Below the pieces are notes generated by a model, which saw only the letters and a program-made list of their open reading frames with translations, was not told the DNA's origin and searched no databases. Positions 8,136 to 18,652 of a stretch of 64,000 bases of DNA are shown here, piece after piece. How positions within the stretch are numbered: position 1 is the first letter of the stretch; every line of letters begins with the position of its first letter. The position numbers and the translations under genes are program-made. Source of the DNA: Nitrosopumilus sp. (GTDB taxonomy: Archaea; Thermoproteota; Nitrososphaeria; Nitrososphaerales; Nitrosopumilaceae); contig CBDBGZ010000009.1 in the NCBI GenBank assembly GCA_965205425.1, positions 480,001 to 544,000 on the forward strand, given 5' to 3'.

Positions 8136-10307
8136 TTAATTATCTGGGCAACCGTCTTCATCTTGGAAACCATCATAATCTTCAGGATCAAGTGGACATA
8201 GATCCTCATCATTGATAATATCGTCTAAATCATCATCGTGAACAAATCTCTGTTGTTCTGGAGCAGTGTCAGGGCAACCGTCATGATCATTGTATTTGTT
8301 CCAGGTTTCAGAGTTTGTTGGACAAGCATCAATAGCATCATAATATCCGTCACCGTCAGTATCAGGTCTTGTAGGAGTTGTAGACTCTGCTGCTAACACA
8401 TCTGGGCAACCATCCCAATCAAGATATCCATTAAAGTTCTCTTGTTCATCTAGACATACATCTTTTCTATCATCTATTCCATCACCGTCAATATCTGCAA
8501 ATAAGTAAGATGAGGCAACAGTGGTGGTAGAATCAGGACAACCGTCTTCATCTTGATAGAAATTATAAGTTTCAGGTTCTAATGGACATGCATCAGAGAT
8601 ATCAACAATTCCATCTTGATCAGAATCGGTTGTAAAAACTAGTTTATCTGGACAGCCATCTTTATCTTGGAAACCATTGAATGTTTCAGGTTGAGCAGGA
8701 CAAGAATCTGAAATATCAGGAATTCCATCACCGTCAGAATCTACTGTGAGTTTGTTATCAGGAATTAGATCTGGACAACCGTCAGAATCTAGATATCTAT
8801 TGTAAGTCTCCCTAGCATTTGGACATTGATCAACATTATCGGTAACACCATCAAAATCAGCATCACCAAATGAATCATATGCTAAAGTGTCTGGGCAACC
8901 ATCATCATCTTGGAAACCATTGTATCTTTCAGCTAGTGTAGGACATGAATCATATTCATCTGGGATGCTATCATAATCAGAGTCAGGTAAAGCAGATTTT
9001 GAAAATCCTGCAATGTCAGGACAACCGTCAGTATCTAAGAAATCGTTATAATTTTCTGGTTCATCAATACATTGATCCCATCTATCATCAATTCCGTCAC
9101 CATCAACATCTGGAAATACGTAAGAGGAAACAATAGAACCAGATGAATCGGGACAACCATCACCATCTTTAAAGAAATTATAAGTTTCAGGTTCTAACGG
9201 ACATGCATCAGAGATATTTAAAATTCCATCTTGATCAGAGTCTAAAAGAGAATCATAACTGTCTGGGCAACCATCAGAATCTTGGAATCCATTATACGTT
9301 TCTGGTTGGTTTGGACATAAATCTAGATTATCAACAATTCTGTCACCATCTGAATCATATGTAACAGAATTGTCTGCTACTAAATCAGGGCAACCATCAT
9401 CGTCTTGGAATAAATTGTAAGTTTCTTTGGAATAAGGACATACATCAAATTGATTTAAAATTCCATCACCGTCAGAATCACCAGTTATTGAAAATTCAAT
9501 TTCATCTGGACAGCCATCATCATCTTGGAATTTGTTAAAATTTTCACGTTCCAGCGGACAGGCATCTACAGAATCAAGAATACTATCATAATCAGAGTCA
9601 ATCAAGCCATCAGAATCTGCACCGAGTGTATCAGTACAACCGTCCCAATCTAAGAAACCATTATAATTTTCAGGCTCATTTAGACATTGATCCCATCTAT
9701 CATCAATTCCGTCACCGTCAGTATCAGGAAATACGTAAGATGAATCAACTGAATCAACATTATCAGGACAACCATCAGAATCTAAGTAAAAGTTGTAAGT
9801 TTCAGGTTCTAATGGACATGCATCTACAGAATCAGAAATTCCATCTTGATCATTGTCTCTCAATGTAGAATCATCATCAGGACAACCGTCTTTGTCATCA
9901 ATTCCATTGAATGTTTCTGGTTGGTTTGGACATAAATCCATGAAATCTGGATAACCGTCACCGTCAGTATCAGCAATTCCATCTGAACCTTCAGGGGATA
10001 AATCTGGACAACCATCATCATCTTGGAATTTATTGTAATTTTCTTTTACAGTTGGACAGTTATCTATATGATCTTGAATTCCATCATAATCAGCATCATA
10101 CCATGGGACAAAGTCTGCTGGACAACCATCTATGTTGTTACCATATTCTGAATCATAATCTTCTAAGAGATGAGGACAAAAATCAAGATTATTTGGAACT
10201 CCATCATTATCAGAGTCAATTTCCTCATTAGCAAATACACTACTTGGCATCATGCCAATAGTTGATGTTAGTAAAAGTAAAAATCCTAAAAGATATTGTT
10301 TTTTCAT
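8136..10307 (-). CDS. Secreted thrombospondin type-3 (TSP3) repeat Ca2+-binding protein 1
   Basis: Signal peptide MKKQYLLGFLLLL (start 10307, GGAG upstream) and ~17 units of DxDxDG...CP...E...N...DxDGCPD. Confidence 0.9.
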   Translation of the reverse strand: MKKQYLLGFLLLLTSTIGMMPSSVFANEEIDSDNDGVPNNLDFCPHLLEDYDSEYGNNIDGCPADFVPWYDADYDGIQDHIDNCPTVKENYNKFQDDDGCPDLSPEGSDGIADTDGDGYPDFMDLCPNQPETFNGIDDKDGCPDDDSTLRDNDQDGISDSVDACPLEPETYNFYLDSDGCPDNVDSVDSSYVFPDTDGDGIDDRWDQCLNEPENYNGFLDWDGCTDTLGADSDGLIDSDYDSILDSVDACPLERENFNKFQDDDGCPDEIEFSITGDSDGDGILNQFDVCPYSKETYNLFQDDDGCPDLVADNSVTYDSDGDRIVDNLDLCPNQPETYNGFQDSDGCPDSYDSLLDSDQDGILNISDACPLEPETYNFFKDGDGCPDSSGSIVSSYVFPDVDGDGIDDRWDQCIDEPENYNDFLDTDGCPDIAGFSKSALPDSDYDSIPDEYDSCPTLAERYNGFQDDDGCPDTLAYDSFGDADFDGVTDNVDQCPNARETYNRYLDSDGCPDLIPDNKLTVDSDGDGIPDISDSCPAQPETFNGFQDKDGCPDKLVFTTDSDQDGIVDISDACPLEPETYNFYQDEDGCPDSTTTVASSYLFADIDGDGIDDRKDVCLDEQENFNGYLDWDGCPDVLAAESTTPTRPDTDGDGYYDAIDACPTNSETWNKYNDHDGCPDTAPEQQRFVHDDDLDDIINDEDLCPLDPEDYDGFQDEDGCPDN

Positions 10308-10390
10308 TCTCTCTGACTCCGCTATTATCAAGTATTTATTAAGTCTCACGTTAAATAGATTCTTTTAAAATTAAAAACTAGCCAATCCGG

Positions 10391-12559
10391 TTATGGATCT
10401 GGACAACCATCTAAATCTCGGTCACCATCATAATCTTCAGGATCAAGTGGACATAGATCCTCATCATTGATGATATCGTCTAAATCATCATCGTGAACAA
10501 ATCTCTGTTGTTCTGGAGCAGTATCAGGGCAACCGTCCCAATCTAGGTATTTGTTCCAAGTTTCTGGGCTTGTTGGACAAGAGTCAGTCACGTCTGGATA
10601 TCCATCAGCATCAGAATCAGCGTACATTGGAGTAGTGGATTCTGCACCTGGAATATCTGGACAACCATCTCTATCTAGATAATCATTGAAATTTTCTGGT
10701 TCATCAATACATTGATCCCATCTATCTTCAATTCCATCACCGTCAGTATCTGGGAATTGGTATTGTGGATTAACTGAATCTGCAGAGTCTGGACAACCGT
10801 CAGAATCTAGATACATGTTGTAAGTTTCAGGTTCTAATGGACACATATCAAATACATCTGGAATACCATCACTGTCAGAATCTAAGTATGATGTAAGTTT
10901 ATCTGGACAGCCGTCATCATCTAACAAACCATTGTAAGTTTCAGGTTGATTTGGACATGAATCAAGAATATCTGGAATACCATCACCGTCAGAATCAGCA
11001 GTCATTTTATTATCAGCAATGTAATCTGGACAACCGTCAGAATCTAGATACATGTTGTAAGTTTCTTTTGATAGAGGACATTGATCTAAATCATCAAAGA
11101 TTCCATCACCGTCAGAATCACCAATAGTCTGATAATCAATACCATCAGGACAACCGTCTTCATCTTGGAATTTATTGTATCTTTCAGCTAATGTTGGACA
11201 TTGATCTAAATGATCTGCCAAACCATCATAATCAGAATCAATCATATCACCAGCAGTTGTTCCTTTAATGTCTGGACAACCGTCCCAATCTAGATAATCA
11301 TTGAAATTTTCTGGTTCATCAATACATTGATCCCATCTATCTTCAATTCCATCACCGTCAGTGTCTGGAAAAGTGTAAATTGAATCCATTACATCAACAT
11401 TATCTGGGCAACCGTCAGAATCTAGATACATGTTGTAAGTTTCACGTTCTAGTGGACATGCATCTAAATAATCAGGAATACCATCAAAGTCTTTGTCAGA
11501 TGTAGAGTTATTATCTGGACAACCATCTTTATCTAAAATACCATTGTAAGTTTCAGGTTGGTTTGGACAATGATCTAAGTTATCAATAATACCGTCACCG
11601 TCAGTATCAAAAGCAAATTTGTTATCTGCTACATAGTCAGGACAGCCATCTTGATCATTAACCATGTTGTAAGTTTCAGGACTAAATGGACAAGAATCTA
11701 AGGTATCTGGAATACCGTCACCATCAGCATCACCAGTAAATGTAAATTGTAATTCATCAGGGCAACCATCTTCATCTTGGAATTTATTGTAATTTTCACG
11801 ATCAAGTGGACAATCATCCATGTCATCAGGAATTCCATCATAATCAGCGTCTGGAGCTTCTAATGAAGTAGTGCCTGGAACATCAGGACAACCGTCCCAA
11901 TCTAGATAATCATTGAAATTTTCTGGTTCATCAATACATTGATCCCATCTATCTTCAATTCCATCACCATCAGTATCTGGGAATTGGTATTGTGGATTAA
12001 CTGAATCTGCAGAGTCTGGACAACCGTCAGAATCTAGATACATGTTGTAAGTTTCAGGTTCTAAGGGACATGCATCCAAAGAATCAGAAATTCCATCTTG
12101 ATCAGAATCTTTGTGAGTTATATCATCATCAGGGCAACCGTCTTTGTCATCAATTCCATTGAATGTTTCTGGTTGGTTTGGACATAAATCCATAAAATCT
12201 GGATAACCGTCACCGTCAGTATCAGCAATTCCTTGTGTACCTTCAGGTGTCAAGTCTGGACAACCGTCTTGATCTTGGAATCTATTGTAAGTTTCTTTTA
12301 CAGTTGGACAGTTATCTATATGATCTTGAATTCCATCATAATCAGCATCATACCATGGGACAAAGTCTGCTGGACAACCATCTATGTTGTTACCATATTC
12401 TGGATCATAATCTTCTAAGAGATTTGGACATTGATCCAGATTGTTTGGTACTCCGTCACCGTCATTATCAATTTCTTCATTGGCAAATGCGCTACTTGGC
12501 ATCATACCAATAGTTGATGTTAGTAAAAGTAAAAATCCTAAAAGATATTGTTTTTTCAT
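10391..12559 (-). CDS. Secreted TSP3-repeat protein 2
   Basis: Near-identical signal peptide to protein 1 and ~17 repeat units. Confidence 0.9.
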   Translation of the reverse strand: MKKQYLLGFLLLLTSTIGMMPSSAFANEEIDNDGDGVPNNLDQCPNLLEDYDPEYGNNIDGCPADFVPWYDADYDGIQDHIDNCPTVKETYNRFQDQDGCPDLTPEGTQGIADTDGDGYPDFMDLCPNQPETFNGIDDKDGCPDDDITHKDSDQDGISDSLDACPLEPETYNMYLDSDGCPDSADSVNPQYQFPDTDGDGIEDRWDQCIDEPENFNDYLDWDGCPDVPGTTSLEAPDADYDGIPDDMDDCPLDRENYNKFQDEDGCPDELQFTFTGDADGDGIPDTLDSCPFSPETYNMVNDQDGCPDYVADNKFAFDTDGDGIIDNLDHCPNQPETYNGILDKDGCPDNNSTSDKDFDGIPDYLDACPLERETYNMYLDSDGCPDNVDVMDSIYTFPDTDGDGIEDRWDQCIDEPENFNDYLDWDGCPDIKGTTAGDMIDSDYDGLADHLDQCPTLAERYNKFQDEDGCPDGIDYQTIGDSDGDGIFDDLDQCPLSKETYNMYLDSDGCPDYIADNKMTADSDGDGIPDILDSCPNQPETYNGLLDDDGCPDKLTSYLDSDSDGIPDVFDMCPLEPETYNMYLDSDGCPDSADSVNPQYQFPDTDGDGIEDRWDQCIDEPENFNDYLDRDGCPDIPGAESTTPMYADSDADGYPDVTDSCPTSPETWNKYLDWDGCPDTAPEQQRFVHDDDLDDIINDEDLCPLDPEDYDGDRDLDGCPDP

Positions 12560-12569
12560 TTAGATACAC

Positions 12570-15005
12570 CTATTGGTCAGGACATCCGTCTGAATCTCTA
12601 TCACCGTCATAATCCTCAGGCTCTAGAGGACACATGTCATCTTCATTGATAATATCATCTAAATCAGCATCGTGTTTGTATCTTGATTGTTCTGGTGCAA
12701 TATCAGGGCAACCGTCTTGATCATTGTATTTGTTCCAAGATTCTTTTTCATTTGGACACAAATCAATTTCATCATTTATACCATCTTCATCACTATCAAT
12801 AGTTACATTACCTATTGGTATGCTATCTGGACAACCATCATAGTCAACATATCTATTCCAAACTTCGTTTTGTTCTGGACACATATCCATTACATCAGGA
12901 ACACCGTCACCGTCAGCATCAGGCTGAGTATCATCAACATCAGGGCAACCGTCATCGTCTTGGAATCCATTATAGTTTTCAGCAACTAAAGGACAATCAT
13001 CATAAACGTCATTGATTCCATCATTGTCAGAATCTATTACAAATGATTCAGATACAGAATCAGGGCAACCGTCATCGTCTTGGAATTTATTGTAAGTTTC
13101 TTTTGCAGTTGGACATGCATCTATTGCATCAGGAATACCGTCTTGATCACGATCATTCTTTAAAATATAATTATCTGGGCAACCGTCTAAATCAAGAATT
13201 CCATTGAATGTTTCTGGTTGGTTTGGACAATGATCATTATAATCATTGATTCCATCACCATCAGAATCTGGAGTACCTTTGTTATCTCCAATATAATCTG
13301 GGCAACCATCTTCATCTTGGAATTTATTATAAGTTTCAGGGACTAATGGGCATTCATCAAATTTATCTGGAATTCCATCAAAGTCAGAATCTAATGTAGT
13401 TATGAAATCAGGATAATCAGGACAACCGTCATCGTCTTCAAAGCCATTGTATCTTTCTCTATCAAGTGGACATTGATCAACAGAATCTAATATTCCATCT
13501 CCGTCAGAATCAGATTCTGTAGTATTATCAGGGCAACCGTCTTGATCTTGATAACGATTCCAAGTCTCTGCTGTAGAAGGACATTCATCTAATGAATCTC
13601 TAATTCCATCTCCGTCAGAATCCATTACAGAAACATCAGGACAACCGTCTTGATCTTGATAGCCATTGAAAGTTTCTGGTTCAAGTGGACATTTATCATT
13701 CAAATCGAAAATTCCATCTCCATCATTATCTGAACCAAATAATCCAATTGTGCCATCAGGACAACCGTCATCGTCTTCTATGTTATTGTAATTTTCTTTT
13801 GCAGTTGGACATGCATCTAAATAATCTGGAATTCCATCAAAATCTCTGTCAGATATAGAATCACTGTCAGGACAACCGTCTCTATCTAAAACACCATTGA
13901 ATGTTTCTGGTTGGTTTGGACATAAATCTGAAAAGTCATTAATTCCGTCACCATCAGAGTCTGGAACTCCTTTATTAGATCCTATAAAGTCTGGACAACC
14001 GTCAGTATCTTTGAACATGTTGTAAGTTTCTTTTACATTTGGACATTGATCAACACTGTTTGGAATTCCATCAAGATCAGAATCAACATCACTAGAATAA
14101 GGAGGAATATCAGGGCAACCGTCTTGATCTTCAAAACCATTGTATCTTTCTGGATCTAATGGACATGCGTCATTGACATCCATTATTCTATCACCATCAG
14201 CATCATTTAGTGTACCATCAAATGATGGAAGTATATCAGGGCAACCGTCATAATCTGCAAATCTATTGAAAGTTTCAGGATGATCAGGACAAATATCAAA
14301 TTGATCTGCAATTCCATCGCCATCTGAATCATTAAATGTAGAATCTAATGCAACATCAGGACAACCGTCAGTATCTCTATAACCATTGTAAACTTCAGGT
14401 TCTGTAATACACAAATCAACTTTGTCTAGTATTCCATCATTATCAGTATCAGTAAAATCAAAATCATTTATGCCATCAGGGCAACCGTCATCGTCTTGGT
14501 ATCGGTTATAATTTTCAGAACTTAATGGACATGCATCTGCAAAGTCTGGAATTCCATCCATGTCTCTATCACCTGCACCATAAGAATCAGGACAACCGTC
14601 TCTATCTAAAACACCATTGAATGTTTCTGGTTGGTTTGGACATAAATCAACTAAATCAATAAAGCCATCACCATCAGAATCAGGTGCACCACCATCTCCA
14701 CTTCCAGGTAGTGTATCAGGACAACCATCTTGATCTTGGAATCTATTGTAATGTTCTTTCAGATTAGGACACTGATCAAGATGATCTTCTATTCCATCAT
14801 AATCCTCATCATACCATGGAACAAAATTTGATGGACATCCATCTACTGTTCCTTCATAATCTTCTTGTAAATTAGGACATGTATCTATAGAATCATCAAC
14901 TCCGTCATTATCCAAATCATCGGCAGCAAAAACTGGATTTATTGGCATACTAGTCAAAGTAGCCACAAGCAAGAATAGGAATGATACGGAGTGTATTTTT
15001 TTCAA
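12570..15005 (-). CDS. Secreted TSP3-repeat protein 3
   Basis: TTG start, signal peptide ending VFA, ~20 repeat units. Confidence 0.9.
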   Translation of the reverse strand: MKKIHSVSFLFLLVATLTSMPINPVFAADDLDNDGVDDSIDTCPNLQEDYEGTVDGCPSNFVPWYDEDYDGIEDHLDQCPNLKEHYNRFQDQDGCPDTLPGSGDGGAPDSDGDGFIDLVDLCPNQPETFNGVLDRDGCPDSYGAGDRDMDGIPDFADACPLSSENYNRYQDDDGCPDGINDFDFTDTDNDGILDKVDLCITEPEVYNGYRDTDGCPDVALDSTFNDSDGDGIADQFDICPDHPETFNRFADYDGCPDILPSFDGTLNDADGDRIMDVNDACPLDPERYNGFEDQDGCPDIPPYSSDVDSDLDGIPNSVDQCPNVKETYNMFKDTDGCPDFIGSNKGVPDSDGDGINDFSDLCPNQPETFNGVLDRDGCPDSDSISDRDFDGIPDYLDACPTAKENYNNIEDDDGCPDGTIGLFGSDNDGDGIFDLNDKCPLEPETFNGYQDQDGCPDVSVMDSDGDGIRDSLDECPSTAETWNRYQDQDGCPDNTTESDSDGDGILDSVDQCPLDRERYNGFEDDDGCPDYPDFITTLDSDFDGIPDKFDECPLVPETYNKFQDEDGCPDYIGDNKGTPDSDGDGINDYNDHCPNQPETFNGILDLDGCPDNYILKNDRDQDGIPDAIDACPTAKETYNKFQDDDGCPDSVSESFVIDSDNDGINDVYDDCPLVAENYNGFQDDDGCPDVDDTQPDADGDGVPDVMDMCPEQNEVWNRYVDYDGCPDSIPIGNVTIDSDEDGINDEIDLCPNEKESWNKYNDQDGCPDIAPEQSRYKHDADLDDIINEDDMCPLEPEDYDGDRDSDGCPDQ

Positions 15006-15143
15006 AGCCTAAAAATACGTCGAGGATCCAGTTATTAAACCTCACTCTGGAATCGGCTAAAAATATCAATAGTTTTGAGTAAAGTTTCCTTGTTGGACAA
15101 AAATCTCGATCAATTTAAGTAAACAAGAACACGATCTGAATTC

Positions 15144-16172
15144 ATGAGTTGTTCTGGAGAAACTGTTGAAGAAGAAGAGCAATTACTTCAGATCAAACCG
15201 GTGATATCTGCACAATTAAAAAAAGCAAAGTATGGTATAGCAGACCATTCAACTGTAGGACTTTGTCATTGGACAAAAAAATCATTCAAACATGAAGGCA
15301 GTTGTTACAAACACAAGTTTTATGGAATTTCAACTCATAGATGTATGGAATTTTCTCCTGCTGGCATGTATTGTGAAAATAGATGTGTGTATTGTTGGAG
15401 ACCAATGGAATTTTATGATTCAATGGAAATGAAACCAGAACAAGTTGCAGAGCCAGAACAAATTTTAACAAAGTTAATGGCTGAAAGAAAAAAATTGATC
15501 AATGGCTTTTACGGTGATTCAAGAAATGATAAACAAAGATTAGATGAATCATTATTACCTGCTCATTATGCAATTTCACTTTCTGGAGAACCTACAATGT
15601 ATCCCAAACTTCCAGAGCTTATCAAATACTTAAAATCACTTGAAGCTACAAAATCAATTTTTCTTGTTACCAATGGTCAAGAACCAGACATGATACAAAA
15701 ATTACAAGATGAAGATGCATTACCAACACAATTGTATCTATCAACAAACGCTGCAGATTATGAATCATTTATGAGAATAAACAAGCCAAAATATGACGAT
15801 TCATGGGAAAGATGGAATAAAACACTTGACATGTTAAAGGATTTGAATACAAGAACGGTGTTAAGAATTACTTTAATCAGAGATTACAATGATCAAAAAG
15901 AATCAATTCCTGCATTTGCCGAAATGTTTAGAACGGCAAGTCCACATTTTATTGAAATTAAATCATACATGCACATTGGGCGTTCAACTAATAGATTAGA
16001 ACATGCAAACATGTTGGAAATGGAAGAAGTGAAAAAATTTAGTGACGAAATTGCAAAACAGAGTAAAATATTTTCAATAATGGATGAAAGCATTGTTTCA
16101 AGAATTTCAATATTACAAAACAATGAACGATTTATTGATCGTTTTATTCCTACTTATTCAGATACCATCTAG
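15144..16172 (+). CDS. taw1: 4-demethylwyosine synthase (radical SAM, Tyw1/Taw1)
   Basis: CHWTK, CYKHKFYGI, CENRCVYCWRP (CxxxCxxC), ISLSGEPT. Confidence 0.93.
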   Translation: MSCSGETVEEEEQLLQIKPVISAQLKKAKYGIADHSTVGLCHWTKKSFKHEGSCYKHKFYGISTHRCMEFSPAGMYCENRCVYCWRPMEFYDSMEMKPEQVAEPEQILTKLMAERKKLINGFYGDSRNDKQRLDESLLPAHYAISLSGEPTMYPKLPELIKYLKSLEATKSIFLVTNGQEPDMIQKLQDEDALPTQLYLSTNAADYESFMRINKPKYDDSWERWNKTLDMLKDLNTRTVLRITLIRDYNDQKESIPAFAEMFRTASPHFIEIKSYMHIGRSTNRLEHANMLEMEEVKKFSDEIAKQSKIFSIMDESIVSRISILQNNERFIDRFIPTYSDTI

Positions 16173-16707
16173 AGAATTTTTTTAATGCTTTGTATCTGTG
16201 AGATAATTCATTTTTATTATTTATTTCAGCAAATGTTTTTGTTGAGTTATTTGGAATGAAAATAGGATCATATCCCCAACCTTTTCCTTTTTGGGTTTTT
16301 GATATTTTTCCAAATTGTTTTCCTTCAAAAGATTCCAGAAGTGTTTTGTCACAGTATGTTATGATTGAGACAAATTTTGCCTTTCTGTTATTTTTTAGCA
16401 GATTAAGGATTCCTTTATTCCCAATTGTTTTGAAAACATATGATGAATATGGTCCTGGAAAACCTTCAATTGAATCAATGAATAAACCATCATCTTCAAT
16501 TATGATAGGTTTTTTGAATTTAGAAAATGCATCTTTTGCTTTTACTATTGCTATATCATGAAGGGAATTTGACTGAATTTCTTCTAAATTAGATTTTAAA
16601 AAACCAAGACTTATTCCAAAAGAATCTAAAATTTTCTTAGCTTCTTGATACTTGTGGTTATTTGAGGATACAAAAAATAGATCAAACGACTTGTGCATAC
16701 CTACCAC
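16150..16707 (-). CDS. rdgB: Non-canonical purine NTP pyrophosphatase (RdgB/HAM1)
   Basis: SSNNHK, EEIQ, EDDGLFID, GFPGPYS, GWGYDPIF, SHRYKA. The start may be at 16698. Confidence 0.92.
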   Translation of the reverse strand: MVGMHKSFDLFFVSSNNHKYQEAKKILDSFGISLGFLKSNLEEIQSNSLHDIAIVKAKDAFSKFKKPIIIEDDGLFIDSIEGFPGPYSSYVFKTIGNKGILNLLKNNRKAKFVSIITYCDKTLLESFEGKQFGKISKTQKGKGWGYDPIFIPNNSTKTFAEINNKNELSHRYKALKKFSRWYLNK

Positions 16708-17308
16708 GACTTTCTATATCTGAGACTAGTTTAGTAATTTTGACATAGTAGGCACTGCCAACAATGGATTTGTAACCATTGAGGAAATTCCTCCAAGAAG
16801 AAATCATGATTTTTGCATGTGCACTATTAAGAATCTCTTTTATCAACCTCAAATCAACAGCATGATCTTCAGGTTTTATTGAAATTTGAGATAAACCAAA
16901 ATCAATTACATAAACTCTACTTTGAAATAAAATAAAGTTTGACGTTGTTAAATCACCATGCATAACTCCGTTCTTGTGTAATGTGCCGACTAATTTTCCA
17001 ATATCTTTGGATAGTTTAATGATTTTTGATTCAGATAAATCATGTACAGTAGTTCCAGGAATTTCTTGCATTGTAATAGATGTCTTTTCTAAATCTACAA
17101 AGTAAACAAGAGGAGCAGGGATTCCATATGACTTTACAAGAGATAACATTTGAGATTCTTTGATTGTTCTTTGTTTACGAATTTTTGAATCTAGTAAAGA
17201 ATTTCTATATTTTTTAGCTTTTCTAATTTTTAATATTGCCTTAGAATTTTGCCAATTTGTTTGATATAGATCTGCTTCAGCTCCTTTTTTGACTAATTTC
17301 ATTAACAT
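16682..17308 (-). CDS. bud32: KEOPS kinase Bud32
   Basis: KKGAEA, HGDLTTSN, IDFGL, C-terminal RGRY. Confidence 0.93.
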   Translation of the reverse strand: MLMKLVKKGAEADLYQTNWQNSKAILKIRKAKKYRNSLLDSKIRKQRTIKESQMLSLVKSYGIPAPLVYFVDLEKTSITMQEIPGTTVHDLSESKIIKLSKDIGKLVGTLHKNGVMHGDLTTSNFILFQSRVYVIDFGLSQISIKPEDHAVDLRLIKEILNSAHAKIMISSWRNFLNGYKSIVGSAYYVKITKLVSDIESRGRYAQVV

Positions 17309-17339
17309 TATATCCAGAAGAATTCAATAAAAATTAATC

Positions 17340-17663
17340 ATGGATGATGGAGAGAAAAGAATCAAACAAGAAGATTGTAGTGAGGATAAATTAGGAGCAG
17401 GAATTTTAACATTAACAAATAAGAGATTAGCATTTGATAAAACAAATGCAAGAATAATGGATTTTTCGAAACATTTTGGGGATACTGTATTAGATATTTC
17501 ATTAGACAAGGTGACAAAAACATGGAAAGAAGGATTGTTAATGAAAAAAGTGTGTTTCACAGCAAAAACTGACGAAGGAGAACAAACTTTCAAGTTTGGG
17601 GTTTTTAATACAAAAAGTTGGGTTAAAACAATTGATCAGACAATTAATGAAAATAAAAATTAA
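17340..17663 (+). CDS. Hypothetical protein, PH/GRAM-like fold candidate
   Basis: GILTLTNKRLAF motif and a C-terminal W-containing helix (KSWVKTI). Confidence 0.65.
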   Translation: MDDGEKRIKQEDCSEDKLGAGILTLTNKRLAFDKTNARIMDFSKHFGDTVLDISLDKVTKTWKEGLLMKKVCFTAKTDEGEQTFKFGVFNTKSWVKTIDQTINENKN

Positions 17664-18652
17664 TAATCTACTTTAACAGAATCTAATCTCCAAGATTGTG
17701 TAACAAATGTATCTTTTAATGAAACACCTTGTTTAATTTGAGATTCTAATAAACCAGTCCAACATATTTGACTACCACAATCACCTGCATATCTTAAAGG
17801 AACTACAAAAAATTTGCAACTATGTCTTTTACATACATCTTTGAGCATTTCAGACAATCTTTTGTTAGCTGCAACACCTCCAACAATCATCAATTCTTTT
17901 TTTCTAGTAAATGACAAAGCACGTTCTACGGCTTCGCTAATCATTGCAAATGCAGTTTCTTGGAGTGAATAACATGCATCTTCTTTACTTTTCATTGCCA
18001 CAGATTTTGTTGCAGATAATAATCCAGAAAAAGATACATCATTTCCCTTAACAGAATAAGGTAATGTTACATAATTTGTAGAAGAATTTGCCAACTCTTC
18101 GATATTTTTTCCACATGGAGAAGCATATCCAATTGATCGTCCAAATTGATCAAGTAGTTGACCCAGTGTAATATCTAATGTTTCACCAAAAACTCTCCAT
18201 TGCTTATTTAGAAATGCCAAAAGCATAGTATGTCCTCCAGATACTAAAAGTACTAGAGGATTTGTTGCGCCAGTAAGTAATTTTCCTAATTCAATATGTC
18301 CAATTGCATGATTAACTGGATAGATGGGTATTTTGTAAAATGAGGATAAAGATCTTGCAACTACTGCTCCAACACGTAAACAAGGACCCAAACCAGGACC
18401 AGCAGCATACGAAATAATGTCTAAATCTTTGATTGAAACATTTGCTTCTTTTAGACAATCAGCTAGAACTAGTGAACTATTCTCAATATGATGACGAGAT
18501 GCTTCACGAGGATGAATCCCTTCTCCTTCTTCAGGTCGATAAATTTTTCTAACATCAGAAAGGATCTTCCCTTTTTTTCCTTTTTTTTCAATTATTGCAC
18601 ACGAGAATGTGTGAGCTGTGCTTTCAATTCCAAGACCCAACATATTATCCAC
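17660..18652 (-). CDS. kae1: tRNA N6-threonylcarbamoyltransferase Kae1
   Basis: GIESTAHT, GPGLGPCL, VNHAIGHIE, VSGGHT, GGVAAN. Confidence 0.95.
   Translation of the reverse strand: MDNMLGLGIESTAHTFSCAIIEKKGKKGKILSDVRKIYRPEEGEGIHPREASRHHIENSSLVLADCLKEANVSIKDLDIISYAAGPGLGPCLRVGAVVARSLSSFYKIPIYPVNHAIGHIELGKLLTGATNPLVLLVSGGHTMLLAFLNKQWRVFGETLDITLGQLLDQFGRSIGYASPCGKNIEELANSSTNYVTLPYSVKGNDVSFSGLLSATKSVAMKSKEDACYSLQETAFAMISEAVERALSFTRKKELMIVGGVAANKRLSEMLKDVCKRHSCKFFVVPLRYAGDCGSQICWTGLLESQIKQGVSLKDTFVTQSWRLDSVKVDY

Noticed and set aside
8136..15005. Regularly recurring DNA motif (GGACAACCGTC-like) as a possible CRISPR array or DGR template/variable repeats
   Set aside because: The repeats are the DGCPD codons of in-frame protein units. 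There are no cas or reverse transcriptase genes and no evident adenine-specific variation.
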